A stretch of DNA of 64,000 nucleotides from a virus, in the IMG/VR virus record IMGVR_UViG_3300007539_004938, positions 12,255-76,254 of that record. One strand, 5' to 3'. Both the position numbers and the translations under genes were made by a program. Shown one piece after another: positions 28,501 through 39,300 of the stretch. Position 1 is the stretch's first letter, and each line of letters starts with the position of its first letter. The notes beneath the pieces were generated by a model. That model was not told where the DNA came from and made no database searches. It worked only from the letters and a program-made list of their open reading frames with translations.

Positions 28501-31500
28501 TCAGCAATCTCTTCAAATATTTGTATTCCGCCAGTATTTTCCTCAACGTAACCAAAACTTGTGTTACCTGCATCAAATATTGTTTCGTCGTTGTCAAACG
28601 ATGTTTTATATATTGTGTCAATATTTTTTCCAACTACTGCAAGTTTATTACCACTAAACTTCATGTTTTGGCCAAAAAGTTTATGTCCACCTTTAAATGG
28701 ATTTTCAACTAGTTGTTGGAACGCATATTCAGTAATGCCCATTCCTGTTTGTTTATAAACGTAAACAGCGCCACTATCTGTGCTAGAGCCATCATAATAT
28801 TGAGCACTTACTGCAACTTTATCTCCGTTATCATTTATTGATACATTCCTACCAAATAAGTTTTCAAACTCATTTTCTAATGTTTGTACATATTGCCAAC
28901 GGAAATACGGAGCAGCATATATTCCTACTTTTCTTTCTTTTGTATTAACAGTGTTGATGCTAGTGAAAACTAAAACATCACCGTGTTTGTTTACGTCAAA
29001 GTTTTCACCTATTCTTGCTCCATTAACAAAAATATTTTGACTGTTTGGATTTAAACTTTCTGCAAAGTTTGGAACATACCCTGTATGTTCTTTCCATGTA
29101 TCCTCACCTGTAAGTAACTCCCATTTTGTAGCATCAGTTGGATCTGCTTGTCCAGGCGTCAAGTTATCTAGTGCTTTATAAAATGCATAATCGTATAGTA
29201 CAACATCATTTGTATTATAAGCATATGTGTTACTATACTGTCCTTTATAATCTCTGTCAACAGTATATTCCCATCCATTTATATCATCATAGTTTACAAA
29301 ATATATTTTACCAGCAGCGTTTCCAGGCGCACCTATAAACAACTTTAATCCAGATGTAGGGTTATTTCTAAAATGTAGTTTGTAGCCAAACTCTTCATTT
29401 GCTGTAGGATTTGGACTTGTTATAATAGTATCTAATTCGTAAAGTTGTGTGTCACCTTTTTTAAATATGTAAACAACACCTTGATTGTTTAGTCCGCTTG
29501 CTGTTCCAAAGTTATCTGCAGGTATCATATAAACAGGAGAAAAATCTTCATTTAAACTGTTTATTGTACTGCCGTCTTGGCCAACTTTATAATCTATGTC
29601 ATCAATATTTTTGTTGGCTTTCCATAAAATACCTCTGTCAGCTACAATATCATTGTATAAAATGTTTGCACTATCTGCGCTATACAAGTCTCCAACAAAC
29701 TTTGTTTTTACATTGCTTGCATCAGGTGCACCAACAGCTATATATTTTCCATCTGGGCTGATTGCTATACTTGCTCCAAAGTTAGCATCGTCATCGTGGT
29801 AAGTAGTATCTGGTGTTAAATCGTATACAGATGTTTTTTCAAATGATTCGTTTGGTCTAGACCATATTTTTACTGAGCCCACATTACTAGGGTTTTGATA
29901 ACTAGGTGCCCCCACTGCTAACAATGTATTATTATCATTAACTGCAAAGGCACTTAAAAACTCAACATCTGTTTCATAGGTGCTGTTTACTTCTTCTTGC
30001 AAGTTCCAGTTTTTAGTATTTTTATAGACAGACCAATCTCCGTTGCTGTCTGTATCAAGCCAAACTTTTGTATTAGTATAAGATTTAGGATCACGAATAC
30101 TAGTTATCCAATCATCTACTGTAGTGAAACGACTAGTAACAAATCTAGATATTCCAGGTATACTGCTGTCATTAAATGCTGTAACATCCACATCAGTTGA
30201 TGTTTCAACAGTAATAGAAGCACCATTTACATCAATAACTTTAAAAAATCCTCTACCACTCTGTACACTGCTGTAAATACCTATAACTTCATCTTTATTA
30301 ATATTATGAGAATAAGTATCTACAGTAAGAGTGTAACCAGGAACACCTTGTAAAATATCATTGTTTACTTCTAACTTGTTTACTAATAAATCAGTTTCAA
30401 CATTTTGCAAAACATTCCAAACTTGGCCTTGTTGATGAACCCAAACATTGTCTCCGATTTTTACTTGCTCAATATCTAAATTTACTAACTCGTCATAAAC
30501 ATGCACTTGCCACTCAACATCTTTATCTCTTACATATCCTGCATCTCTAGTGTATATGTCATTATCTGTTCTAGTGTTAAATGGGGTATGTGTATAACCT
30601 GTTGGTTTTGCATAAGTTTGATAGTTTGCAATCTCAAATGTCAAATCAGTACGATTTTTACTTAAATTGTCAACAAGTTCAACTATTTGAGGTTCAGTTT
30701 TAAAATATTTGTCATTTAGTTGATATTCAACTTCTTCTATATTATCAATACTTCCATACTGTCCTAATCTAAGCGCCCATTCTTCAAAAAATTCTATACT
30801 GTCTGTATTTGCTGTGCTTAACGGATCAAAAAGTTTAGTTAAAGCATTTTTTGTACCTTTATCTTGTATAAACCCTTGATAAAACTTGTATTGGCTGGTT
30901 GGATCAGTTATAATATTATTTAAATATTCACGTTTTTGATATCCTATCAAATGTTGAGCTAATCTTTGTTGTTCAGTATCAAAGTTATCAGTATCTAGAT
31001 CGTAAAAATCTCCAAACTGTTTTGCTTTATAATCCCAGTTAGGAAATAGTTGATCTTGAGGTTTTTGAGATAACAAAATCCATTTTGTACTGTCAAATGT
31101 TGCTCCACTTGTATGCCCTGATGTGTTTGAATAATAAAACTGTTTGAACTTTACAAGATCACCAATATTATAATCAGTATTAGGAGACCATTCAATAACT
31201 TTTGCTTCGTCATAAAAGAAGCCAGGAACATTAAGTGTACCATCCCAATAATCTGTTTTGTATCCTACAACTTTTATTCTTTCTTGTCTATATCCTGGAA
31301 TGACATCAAATATTATATCATTAAAGACAGTTTCGTTATCAACTAAAATAATATGCTCTGTTTGTATTAATGGCAACTTAGCTAGATAAATACTTTCCGT
31401 TATAGTCTTAACATTAAAATCAAGGTTATCTCTATAAAGATTTAACACAGAAGGATTTAGACTTTCTCCATCTGCTGATAATAAACTAAAGTTATAAAAA

Positions 31501-34500
31501 GGATCGTATAGGTTGTCAACACCAAAATAATCTTTTTGATATTTGAGTGCATTTGCAACAGGACTAGTTGCAATCACTGCACCATTATCCCAGTTTTGTG
31601 TGTTAAAAAATAAAAACTCTTTAATACACAATGTCATATCTTCTAAAATACCTGTGTCACTTACATTGTCAAAAATAAATCCTTGTTGTTTTAGATAGGC
31701 TTCGTAGCCGCACATAAAATCAACCACATCTTGTATTGTCTCAAAATATGTTCCGTAATAAACTTTTGTTAAATCGTTAAAATCAAATACACGTCTAATC
31801 TTTGCACTTTTTCCTCCAACTTCAGGAAGTTTGGCTAGTTTTACAAAGTTTTCACTGTTAAAAGTTGCATCACTTGTATGAGTAATCGATGCCCTATAAT
31901 ATTGACTATTATAAAATACTACAGTTCCTTTTGTATAAAGTTGATTTGATCCCCAGTTGACAAAAGTTTCACTTACACCTCCGACTGTTATTCCTGGATC
32001 ATTAAACTGTTCTATGTGCTTATATGAATAAAATACTGGATTAGCATTATCATAACCTCTTATTGTAAATCCTTTTGATTCACCGTCTGCATTTTTTATC
32101 TGTTCTATAATCATACCAGAAATAACAGATAAATCTAATACTGAACTTTTGTTTAAAAATATTTTGTAGTTTTCATCTGGAACAAAAACACTAGTTTTAT
32201 TCAAAGGACTTCTACTATCTAACACTAGTTTTATTTTACTTTTATCTGCAAAACCGCCAAGTCTTAAACTTAACTGATTTTTAATATTGGATAACTCGTT
32301 TTGATAATCAGTTAAGTTTGCATCTATTCTAGAATTAATATTTGCTGCAACATAGTTTATAATACCAGAAGTGTAATATTGAATATTATCTTTAATTTTA
32401 GGAACAACTATATCTGTAAGTTTTATAGATTTTTGTGTGTCTTTCCACACAATATTACCCACTATGTTTTTCGTGATACGACTTCTATCAAAACCTAAGC
32501 CAAATACTGTTGCAGGGTTTAATAACATCCATGCTTTTAACAAACTAAACACGTAATCGCTACTGCGTCTCCAAGCATTTTCTGCAGGACTAATATCTCC
32601 ATAAGTAAAAATATTTTTAACATTTTGTATTAAAACATTATTTGCTAATCCACTTGTAGTGGGATCTATTAATCTACCATATTCATCTACTGGTATATGT
32701 TTTGTTAAATCAGTTCTTACATATTTTGTATTAACAGAAATAGGCTTATTTGGTTCACGTATAATACCTTTTTCTAAATCTTGCCATAAAACTAAGTTGT
32801 CTCTGGTATAAGGAGCTGGCCCATAAACTTCTTCCCACCATTTTGGTTTAATATAAAAACCTAACATTTCCCATGGATTTGTATGAGGACGATCTGTGTC
32901 GTAGAAAGTTTTGTATACATTTCTCCAAGAGCCTTGTAATATTTTACCATTAAAATCATTTGTACCGGTATAGTTGTATGTGAATCCATTTCCGTCAACA
33001 ACATTATTTTTTGTGTAATCGTAGTTGTTTGCAAAAGATAACCATTCACTAAATCCATTTAACATTGCTGCATCAATGTCTTTTTGAGTAAAATATGTTG
33101 TTCTATCTGACGATGGAATAAAATCGTGAATATCTAAAATAGTAGGATCGTATTTTACTTTAATATTGTTGAATATTCTTTTTTCTAGTTCTAAAAGTAA
33201 ATCGTCTCTGTAATCATCATAAGCAACAACAATACTTCCATCGTGTCCTTGGATTACTTTTTGAGGTGTTAAGTACGTTGTGTCTACAAATATTTGAGGC
33301 TGATATGCTGGAAGTAATCCTAACTTTACAGGAGTAGGTGGAACAAAGCTACCATTTGTGTTTTCATATTCATATATTTTTACAACATCGTTTATTTGTA
33401 GTTCACGATCTATGTAAACAAAGCCATTACTAAAAGTATAATCTATTTCATGTAAAAGTTGAACATCGTTTAGGTATACTAACACTGCTTTTGAATTTGG
33501 TGTAGTTAAATCAAATGTGTTTTTTAACGCAAAATAATCAGGTCCTGTAAACTCTACAGTATGTTCTTCAAATGTAAATCCAGAAAATGGAATCATGTCA
33601 CTTGTATAAAATGGTTGTTGTGTTGATTTATCTTTGTTAATAACTTTAATAATGTAATCTACATGATCTTTGACTGAGCCAAAAAACCCAGAACTTTCTG
33701 CTTCTCTTAAAAAGGCTCGTTTGAAAGTATTGTATTGTTTTCTTGCAAGATTCAAACCAGATATTGCATTATATTCTTTTGAAACTAAATGATACAAAGG
33801 TAGGTTTAATGGTCCTTCGTGCTGTAACAATAATCTACCATAACTGCTTAACTCTCCTAAATCTCTAAGATTGTTTACACCTAACGATTCTCCTTCAAAA
33901 TCTGGATGAAACTCTGTTATAGTTTTTACATGATCAGTTATTTCACCTAAAGTAAAAGTTGTTATATTTTCATTTAATGGATTTCTTTCATAGTTTAATG
34001 GAATCTCATAAGTACCGTTGTTGTTTTTTGGAGAGTTAGAATAACATTTTATAACCACTAAAGCATATGCATTTAAGTCGTTTGGTAATGTAACAAAAGC
34101 AAGACTGTTTCTTTTTGTAATACTAAACAAGTTTGTTTTTTTGCCATCTATATAAACTTTTACAAATAAATCATCTAAGTTTCCTGCATTAGTAAAACAA
34201 TCTATAGGAAAGTTATTCAACATATTGTTGTACTGAAGTATTACAGGTTGTATTGTTTTTTTATTTGTTTTTACCCATGCATTTTTGTACTCAAAGTTAT
34301 CTCCAAGATAGTTATATTTTTTCAAAAATAAAACATCCGAGTTAACACTAAAATCATTTTGTAGTTCGTCTTGGTATGATATTGTTTCAGACAAAAGATT
34401 ATAATCAAATACAATATCACCTATATTATTGATGTTTCTATATTTTATAGGAAATCCTAAAATGCTATCATTTGGTCCAGATCCAACTGCGTAACTAAAA

Positions 34501-36323
34501 ACTTTATTTCCTTTAAACGTACTTGTAGGATAATATAAAGTATCATTTAAGTTATTTTCATCTTTATCAAATAAATCAAATAAAGGCGGCTGATTTACAG
34601 TTAACTTATCTTGGCTAAGATTCCATTTCTCTCCGTCATAAAAAAACATTTTTCCTTTGTAACTATTACCATTAGTAACAAGAACTGTTTCGCCTGCAAT
34701 AGGATCTGAATCATCAGTTGGAACAAGACTTATCTGTGTTCTACCATTGTGTAAAATAAAGTTTACAGTATATATTTTTCCATTAACAAATGGATCAGGA
34801 TCAGCAGTAAACATAACCCTCATGCCGTTTGTTATTTCAGTATTATCAATGCTGTAACCGACACTACCCTCTATTGTACTAAAAACGTCACTTGTAAAAG
34901 TATCAACCAAGTTAATATTTTTCTTTGTTACGTTTCCATGTTTCCAAAGTTTTAATCCTGCAGAAAACTCAATAATAGGACGCTTTCCTCTAGCTTCTTC
35001 GTCTAACTCAGGATCAGCATTATTTTCTAACGCAGATGCAATAATTACATCTCTATGAAACCATCTATTATATCTACTCCAAGGATTTCTGTCTGCGCTT
35101 CCTCTGTTAATCACAATGTAATCTTGGTCTGCTGGATAACTATCTGCGTATTCAAAGGGTACATCATCAAAGTTATAAGCATCAAACGGAACTTCTATTT
35201 CATCAGTAAATACAGCAGGTACTTCAAGGTCTTGTTGATTAATAATCCTAATACTATCACCTACCCCTTCAATAAACCATTCACCTTCGCTGTAAGTTGC
35301 TGGAGTAACATTTCCAGCAAATCTAACTTTCATACCATTTGATAATGTTATTCCTGTGCTTGTAGTATAAGTTTTTTTACCTAATATTTCTTTTTCAACA
35401 TCTATTTCACTATTTTCTTCAATGCCCTTATTTAAAACAATACCACTTGTATTAATATCTGTACTACTAATATAATACAAATCCTCTGGTACATCAACAG
35501 GCACTGTCCATTCAATAACTCCGTTTTCAATATAGTCCTTGTCTGTTAGAACAAGTTTTCCTTCTTCATTGTAAACATATTTCGTTATTCCTTTTGTGTA
35601 TATTCTTGAAAGATTATTCTGTTCTATAACTTCTGTAGGATTTAAATCTTCAACATTTCTATTATATGTAAATGCAAAAGGATGTCCTGGTGTGTTTATT
35701 TCAAATCTATAAGTCTGTTCTTTGTACAATGTAATGGTTGGATTATTAGTAAATCCATTTGGAGTAAAAACATATGTAGTGTTATTGTCTTGATCAGATG
35801 TAGTTATTTTATATGTGCTTTGTACACTTTTGCTCTGTCCAATAACAGTAATACGTTTAGGACCTAAAGGTAACCAGTAATATTCTCTAAAGTTTGTAAA
35901 CTTATCCCAATCTATATGACTGTCTAATGCATAACTTTGTTGCTTATTTAAAATATTATGATTTTTTGTATCAATACCGTTGTACTTTAAGGCACCTAAA
36001 TAATCAATATAGTCACCATAAAATGTTACATTATCTAACGTATCTTTTACAACAGTACTGTTTTCAAACTGATACTGTTCTCTTTCTTTTGAAACATCTG
36101 GATAAAAAGTGTCATCAATCTTTGTTGCTCTTGCATATCTTCTGCCAGCATAACTATTAAGTTTTTCTAATGTTCCAGAACTGATCATTTGATCTATACT
36201 AGATTGTAAAAACTTTTTATTAGTATCTGTCCTAAAATATTTTGGTAAAAAATCACTCGAAGTTCTTTTGTAGTTTTCGTCAGTTGGCAGAGCCGATTGG
36301 CTTTGATTTTTATCGTATGACAT
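22542..36323 (-). CDS. Giant (4593 aa) baseplate-wedge-like structural protein with beta-propeller (FG-GAP-like) and CBM5/12-like repeats
   Basis: Follows gp6 (the gp7 position); FGASIAISPDGKYIAVGAP-type repeats; W...Y..G..V.Y....Y carbohydrate-binding-like repeats; GSGY..AP.V.I repeats. Confidence 0.75.
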   Translation of the reverse strand: MSYDKNQSQSALPTDENYKRTSSDFLPKYFRTDTNKKFLQSSIDQMISSGTLEKLNSYAGRRYARATKIDDTFYPDVSKEREQYQFENSTVVKDTLDNVTFYGDYIDYLGALKYNGIDTKNHNILNKQQSYALDSHIDWDKFTNFREYYWLPLGPKRITVIGQSKSVQSTYKITTSDQDNNTTYVFTPNGFTNNPTITLYKEQTYRFEINTPGHPFAFTYNRNVEDLNPTEVIEQNNLSRIYTKGITKYVYNEEGKLVLTDKDYIENGVIEWTVPVDVPEDLYYISSTDINTSGIVLNKGIEENSEIDVEKEILGKKTYTTSTGITLSNGMKVRFAGNVTPATYSEGEWFIEGVGDSIRIINQQDLEVPAVFTDEIEVPFDAYNFDDVPFEYADSYPADQDYIVINRGSADRNPWSRYNRWFHRDVIIASALENNADPELDEEARGKRPIIEFSAGLKLWKHGNVTKKNINLVDTFTSDVFSTIEGSVGYSIDNTEITNGMRVMFTADPDPFVNGKIYTVNFILHNGRTQISLVPTDDSDPIAGETVLVTNGNSYKGKMFFYDGEKWNLSQDKLTVNQPPLFDLFDKDENNLNDTLYYPTSTFKGNKVFSYAVGSGPNDSILGFPIKYRNINNIGDIVFDYNLLSETISYQDELQNDFSVNSDVLFLKKYNYLGDNFEYKNAWVKTNKKTIQPVILQYNNMLNNFPIDCFTNAGNLDDLFVKVYIDGKKTNLFSITKRNSLAFVTLPNDLNAYALVVIKCYSNSPKNNNGTYEIPLNYERNPLNENITTFTLGEITDHVKTITEFHPDFEGESLGVNNLRDLGELSSYGRLLLQHEGPLNLPLYHLVSKEYNAISGLNLARKQYNTFKRAFLREAESSGFFGSVKDHVDYIIKVINKDKSTQQPFYTSDMIPFSGFTFEEHTVEFTGPDYFALKNTFDLTTPNSKAVLVYLNDVQLLHEIDYTFSNGFVYIDRELQINDVVKIYEYENTNGSFVPPTPVKLGLLPAYQPQIFVDTTYLTPQKVIQGHDGSIVVAYDDYRDDLLLELEKRIFNNIKVKYDPTILDIHDFIPSSDRTTYFTQKDIDAAMLNGFSEWLSFANNYDYTKNNVVDGNGFTYNYTGTNDFNGKILQGSWRNVYKTFYDTDRPHTNPWEMLGFYIKPKWWEEVYGPAPYTRDNLVLWQDLEKGIIREPNKPISVNTKYVRTDLTKHIPVDEYGRLIDPTTSGLANNVLIQNVKNIFTYGDISPAENAWRRSSDYVFSLLKAWMLLNPATVFGLGFDRSRITKNIVGNIVWKDTQKSIKLTDIVVPKIKDNIQYYTSGIINYVAANINSRIDANLTDYQNELSNIKNQLSLRLGGFADKSKIKLVLDSRSPLNKTSVFVPDENYKIFLNKSSVLDLSVISGMIIEQIKNADGESKGFTIRGYDNANPVFYSYKHIEQFNDPGITVGGVSETFVNWGSNQLYTKGTVVFYNSQYYRASITHTSDATFNSENFVKLAKLPEVGGKSAKIRRVFDFNDLTKVYYGTYFETIQDVVDFMCGYEAYLKQQGFIFDNVSDTGILEDMTLCIKEFLFFNTQNWDNGAVIATSPVANALKYQKDYFGVDNLYDPFYNFSLLSADGESLNPSVLNLYRDNLDFNVKTITESIYLAKLPLIQTEHIILVDNETVFNDIIFDVIPGYRQERIKVVGYKTDYWDGTLNVPGFFYDEAKVIEWSPNTDYNIGDLVKFKQFYYSNTSGHTSGATFDSTKWILLSQKPQDQLFPNWDYKAKQFGDFYDLDTDNFDTEQQRLAQHLIGYQKREYLNNIITDPTSQYKFYQGFIQDKGTKNALTKLFDPLSTANTDSIEFFEEWALRLGQYGSIDNIEEVEYQLNDKYFKTEPQIVELVDNLSKNRTDLTFEIANYQTYAKPTGYTHTPFNTRTDNDIYTRDAGYVRDKDVEWQVHVYDELVNLDIEQVKIGDNVWVHQQGQVWNVLQNVETDLLVNKLEVNNDILQGVPGYTLTVDTYSHNINKDEVIGIYSSVQSGRGFFKVIDVNGASITVETSTDVDVTAFNDSSIPGISRFVTSRFTTVDDWITSIRDPKSYTNTKVWLDTDSNGDWSVYKNTKNWNLQEEVNSTYETDVEFLSAFAVNDNNTLLAVGAPSYQNPSNVGSVKIWSRPNESFEKTSVYDLTPDTTYHDDDANFGASIAISPDGKYIAVGAPDASNVKTKFVGDLYSADSANILYNDIVADRGILWKANKNIDDIDYKVGQDGSTINSLNEDFSPVYMIPADNFGTASGLNNQGVVYIFKKGDTQLYELDTIITSPNPTANEEFGYKLHFRNNPTSGLKLFIGAPGNAAGKIYFVNYDDINGWEYTVDRDYKGQYSNTYAYNTNDVVLYDYAFYKALDNLTPGQADPTDATKWELLTGEDTWKEHTGYVPNFAESLNPNSQNIFVNGARIGENFDVNKHGDVLVFTSINTVNTKERKVGIYAAPYFRWQYVQTLENEFENLFGRNVSINDNGDKVAVSAQYYDGSSTDSGAVYVYKQTGMGITEYAFQQLVENPFKGGHKLFGQNMKFSGNKLAVVGKNIDTIYKTSFDNDETIFDAGNTSFGYVEENTGGIQIFEEIADKFVYAETLKYLRDTSTYDYDYFNFVDNHIYVAFADMIPATENKVDDLLYLDSTYTNLGVIADFRINKSTDSWQVLVNQEEKVNISNINRVFIYDKKTKDIITNLDFIDPRLGKIPGPAEQEIYYKTTYDPAVYTTSDSSNVTVDAGLNWTDTQVGRLWWNVSKAAWYNPYQDSNTYRTSYFNKLVSGFEIEVCEWVGTSLLPSEWNNIANTAQGFANGITGTALYDDNTFSTRPIFDEVKQSFTNYYFYWVKNKLDVPEDGVRKLSADDVAKIITAPQDYGYRFITPLSSNSFALYNIKSYVSGTDSILHISFNKNQENKNNIHYEYQLLSEGYATTPIDSEIERKWIDSLVGYDENVKPVPDKDIPASQKIGVLNFPRQGMFINRLEAVKQFVERVNSVFTTIPIVDNYVITKLLDKDEVPLASSGLFDTTADSASLLRFVEVSKVQTASLTPIVENGRITGANIINPGRGYKNAPLVKITSANGKNAYLKTSIDSVGKVVSVTVVTQGFDYDSNTQLSIRDFSVLVENDDTVGGRWAIYSYQNKEWVRTNNQNYDTTKYWDYADWYATGYNSNTAINHIASYTYDLFALDANINDIVKIENVGSGGWLLLKKIDNQLVEDYTVNYETIGRQNGTISLSTRLYDYSFVTSGYDASIYDSGFYDREPIQELRNILTAIKDDIFVADLSIEYNKLFFASLRYVFSEQSNVDWALKTSFVKAKHNVSELEQKISYQNDNLESYQDYVNEVKPYKTKVREYVSSYTKVDPTGSLVTDFDLPPSHNSITKEIETSKAVLQNNNIEFLDSKYEQYPFKSWVDNNTYDVVSIKVADGGSGYLSAPQVFISGDNGTTAEAFLSRGSVKEIQITNKGGKYYTAPVVTLEGNLADDGTPARASAILGNANIRSTHMIMKFDRVSGKTYIANIDTSETFTGTGAKNKFQLEWPMNLNINTFEVTVDNKKLLSSEYLFGNESNNKKTYERKQGYINIIDAPAIDAVISITYKKDVSMLSAADRTTLYYSPTAGMPGNDLSQLMSGVEYEGAIYDSIDFGTETGFDIGGFAGTGFDTFVNTFEDEIFEITSDSTLVETYILSQALETGYEYNVYVKVAGETQEDDWKIYRLDDPAYDGTTILENIYAQMLPIQGDDSTIEVTIDLTDISTAPGDKVIISKSTSDGSFTPVATTYDTALSGGDLGYTTATGIEAGDITVDGDGFYTLNTSKGPEEMVPGKVIDTLDIQVYTRASDGVANITVANYRIENDSTDVYALPGLPQSNDAVIVKLDDEILSSDRYSIDWINKTLLFDDSTSSIGNTLSIISYGTNGTGLLDTDTTIFDGSTTGIVTSVSWDNERSALVTVNGKVQTQNNQYTLVESSADEPYPQRVKIQFEPGILVDGDHIQYSIYNSIATTYSQIIIDNTFESNGENYYHKFTGDIPVPFNAVPLSHRLLVKSNNKILNPGYSIQFAVTEERTYYLDAWNFADTTAIEQQDVLVFEGMTQLTDDAWTYDPVNCTIDLLRTDVVLPGSQLSVYVIKEAEYYMVDTEVQFESIDSTALDMTEFVQQGDTLTLLASDSTEYSGIVEKIVDNCITFRSIQKDIKDAFQTDNEFIVSVAGEDSTQVKVSGVEYILSNNLTFATPPSSGENIEIYQFSNHDVNDFNRYTYNVTSTSVSPTSDTYVRRNLLSAGVIQLQDPIIGTAYAWVSKNGVLLSPIKDYIVSDDAKAVRLRELPQDNDVIDVLQFGNLPVTPKFGFRIFKDMLGRTHYKRLNQENSYVLQSPLNYYDNTIYLESVEGLYIPNRSKNLPGVLFIEGERVEYFEIKNNTVTQLRRGTLGTGVKNVYEEGTRMYGQSSNETIDYQDTTIVQTIKAVSLDSTQHILNDIVTDINEIDVYVAGKKLVKTQLSVFNPANALDSSEGDTILEPDFSLETRISSDGSTQETVLHLRDDPVEGTEIKIVRQTGKVWNDPGKSLGDSDNAISKFIRRATISLPK

Positions 36324-39300
36324 TAATATCCTCCACCTACTATAATATTACTAGATGTGCTTTGTATACCTGCGTTAGAATTAGTAGTTTCTGTAATAAT
36401 ACTACCTTGTGCTTTTAGTTTTTCAGCGGTGTTTGCTGTTATTATTTCTACATCAGAAACAGTGGCTCCACTTATAAACAGTTCATCGCTTTCACTGTTT
36501 ACTTCAAACAAACTACCAAAGTAACTTGATGTTTCAGATGGTACAATAACAATACTTGTTATATCTGGAGACAAACTATTCATAATATAAGTTGAAAGTT
36601 CTGACCAGTAAAATGTTTCACCAAAATCCCAGTTTTCTAGAGCAAAATATTGATTGATTGCTTCTATAACTCGTGATTTTATATCGTTATCGTTTGTAAC
36701 ACGTTCTTTTGATTTTACTATTTTAAATGTTGCTTTCAACTGATTGTCTGCCTTACTACCGAATAAAACTTTGTATTTTACTGGATGATATATTACTTCA
36801 TCGCTAATACTTTTAATCTGATTTATTGCATCTCCATAATCTCTATATAAACTATCACTGCTTTGGGGCAACGGTTGAGAAGCAATAGTTCCTAAAAGAT
36901 ATTGTCTATATAAAGTATCATAAGTTTTTGTTAAAACATACAAGTCAATAATATTACTACTACTAGGATCTATTCTTGCATTTTCGTCACTAGCATGAGT
37001 ATATTGAAACTTTATATTATCTCTTCCTCTGTATGCTTTGTAACCTACAAGCTCTGTAAGTTTACGAGTGGTACTGTTTGATTGGTAAAATACGTCAGTA
37101 GAAGGATCATACCATGTTTTATCAACACTTACATTTGGAGTTCCTATTAATATTTCTTCATCTGTATACTGGTAAAACTCGCTATCAGAGTATACATACT
37201 TCTTTAAAAAAATATAATCGTTGCTATCTTGTTTTACAATCTTTTCAAATAGTTCTGGATCGTCTACTATACCGTCGTCGTCGCCGTCATAAAACACAAC
37301 TTCTACTTTTTTGCTATCTACATAGCCATTTAAGTCTCTATATTCACTACTTATTGCCCAATCATAATCTTGTGTAAAGGGTGAAAGTCCTCCGGTACTA
37401 AATAAATCTCTATTAACATTTAAAACTGAAACTTTATCTCTAACAATTTTTCCAGTTTTACTATCGTAGATTTTTTTATTATTATCAAAATAAAATCTTG
37501 TTTGATTCTTACTTTCAAATATGTATCTAGATGATCTATAAGTTATTGTATAAGTATCACCATTTGTTTCAAATAATACTATCCAACTAGCATCTAGTTT
37601 TTGTCCAGTTGTATCACCTGCTAATCCTAAGCTAAAGTCGCCTAAAATATTTAAATCTTCTTGTAATATAACTTTCCATTGTCTGTCAGTAAGATCATAA
37701 CGTAATCCAAAAGTTCTATAAGCAAATATCTGATCAATCATCTGACTTTTTACATCATCAATAATATCTCTAACAAACTTTATCTTTACACTTGTAAGCA
37801 ATGCATCAGTAGGTATAACATTATCAAATAAAATACCTCCAAGACCATCAGCAGTTGCTTCTTGACCTGTTTTAAAAACATTAACAACTTTTGTCCAAAT
37901 TTCAGACTTATCACCTATTACACTTTTAGTACCAAATAATAGTTTATTATCTTTATCAAAATAGTATCCTGTTGGTGCAGAAAACTTAACTAAAGCACCA
38001 GGTTCTAAGTATCTTAATGGACCTTCTGTTGCCGAAGATACTGCAAAGTTAATATCTCCATCAGTTATAAAACCAGAGCTTGATACAGAATCAGCAGCAT
38101 ATTGAGACCAACTTAGATTGAGTTCAGTATAGTTTTGTTCTGTAAACTCACTTAAATAAAAGTTACGCACATTATTATTTGCTAATATAGACGTTACTTT
38201 ATTATTGATAGTATTTTCAATATCAGTTCTAGTTACAAAACTAAAACCTTCAACATTATTAAGTTTTTCTTTATATAATATACCGTCATTTGCAAAAAGA
38301 TTTGTTGTACTATATTTTCCAGTAGCATCTGTTAAATCATAATATCTGTTTATACCACTACTTGTTCTATTAATAGATTTAATTTTTATTATTTCTTGAC
38401 TTACACCAAGAGGTCCTACATTGTAGTCTTCACCGGTTATTAATCTGTTTTGAGTATAATATGTGCTAGGTGCATTTGTTTTAATACTTTCAGTTGTTTC
38501 TGTACTATTAGCATTATAGACTGGAGACGCAAGGTCAGCAACTATTATCATAGTTTCTACTCTTCCACGTGAACTTGTGTATGGAACACGTAAAGTTACA
38601 TTTTTAATATCTGCTGGTAAAATATCATAGTCTCTATTTGCGCTTCTTCTATAATATGATCTAAATGTTCCTTTTGGTAGGGTTCCAAATGTTCCGTCGC
38701 TAAAGATAAGACTGATCCTATCATCAGTTCTTGTTAGTACGCTAAAGATATTTCTAACACCTTTATTAATACTATTATAGATTATATTATTACCTTCAAC
38801 TGCCTCAACTTTTGTCCATAGATCAGACTCTAACTGATTTTCATTTAAAGAATATAACCAAACATCTGAGTTATTAATATTTGTTACGTTTACATTAATT
38901 GTTTGATTAGGCGTTGGTAGATTAACAGTAAAATCTCCTTTTTGTAAACTACCTTGAACAAAGTTAAGAAAAAATCCACTTTGTGTACTGCCTGGACCTT
39001 GGCCGTTGTCTTTATATAATATACCAAATGTATTACCCGGAAGTGGTGGTTCTTCAATCACACTACCGTTGCTTATATCCGCACTTACTACCTCAAACTC
39101 TAAATCTGCTCCATTTACAGTAGAGTTAAATGTAAATATTGGTAAAATATTATTTGCAACATTTATTTTATATTTTTCAGTTGGTACTCCGCCAACAATA
39201 TCTAACTTAGTAGGAGTTCCAAATCTATTAATAGTATTGAAGCTTGCATTTATAACTTTTATAAACTGTTCATACCAGTTAGTGTTTACATTATCATTCC

